Assembly (NCBI GenBank): GCA_002633005.1
Contig: NMRA01000522.1
Coordinates: 8,897-72,896 of the forward strand
DNA length: 64,000 bases
From: Phoronis australis
Taxonomy: Eukaryota > Animalia > Phoronida
Direction: 5' to 3'
Below are positions 63,815 through 64,000 of the stretch, one piece after another. Position 1 is the stretch's first letter. The number at the start of each line of letters is the position of its first letter. Below the pieces are notes generated by a model, which was given only the letters and a program-made list of their open reading frames with translations, had not been told where the DNA came from and did no database searches. Made by a program: the position numbers and the translations under genes.

Positions 63815-63882
63815 TGGCAGTGGGCTCCTCTGGGATTTGAATCTATGACCTTGTGAGCAAGAAGCAGATACTCAACCAACTA
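63815..63882 (-). mobile_element. Degenerate tRNA-like SINE head fragment
   Basis: Minus: AGTTGGTTGAGTATCTGCTTC...AGATTCAAATCCC (A- and B-box-like), cut by a CAGGGCTCG-starting repeat that runs off the window. Confidence 0.35.
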
Positions 63883-64000
63883 CAGGGCTCGACGTTATTA
63901 AAATCGCCAGGTCGCATTTTGCGACCTAGCCAAAATCCCAGGTCGCATTTTCAAAATCCAGCTCGCATTCGTAAATGCCAGGTCACAAAATTTTCCCGCC

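Noticed and set aside
59664-64000. FYVE-domain exons of RUFY
   Set aside because: No WxxD or R(R/K)HHCR motif seen in the ORF track or by eye; they presumably lie beyond the window.

Overview
AT-rich, intron-rich animal genomic DNA, probably a lophotrochozoan or other invertebrate (inferred from the neuropeptide type and repeat families). The ORF track is mostly noise. The + strand carries 13 phase-consistent coding exons (8757-59663, 524 codons) of a RUFY (RUN and FYVE domain) gene with a RUFY3/Singar-like N-terminus; the FYVE-encoding 3' end lies beyond the window. Nested antisense in its ~14.9-kb intron 10 is a spliced GnRH/corazonin-superfamily neuropeptide precursor gene (3 coding exons, ~105 aa) predicted to yield [15 protein letters not shown]2. 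RUFY also shows a candidate SPRR-repeat cassette exon that starts with the same sequence as exon 9, and a candidate FYVE-less terminal exon. Introns and flanks hold a decayed AcademX-like transposon, TA-flanked CCGTA...TACGG MITEs, Kolobok-like TTAA MITEs, Helentron-associated (HINE/pearl-like) repeats, a hAT-like remnant, tRNA-like SINE heads and many minisatellites. Exons were spliced and translated by eye, family assignments are from recalled motifs, and no database searches were run.
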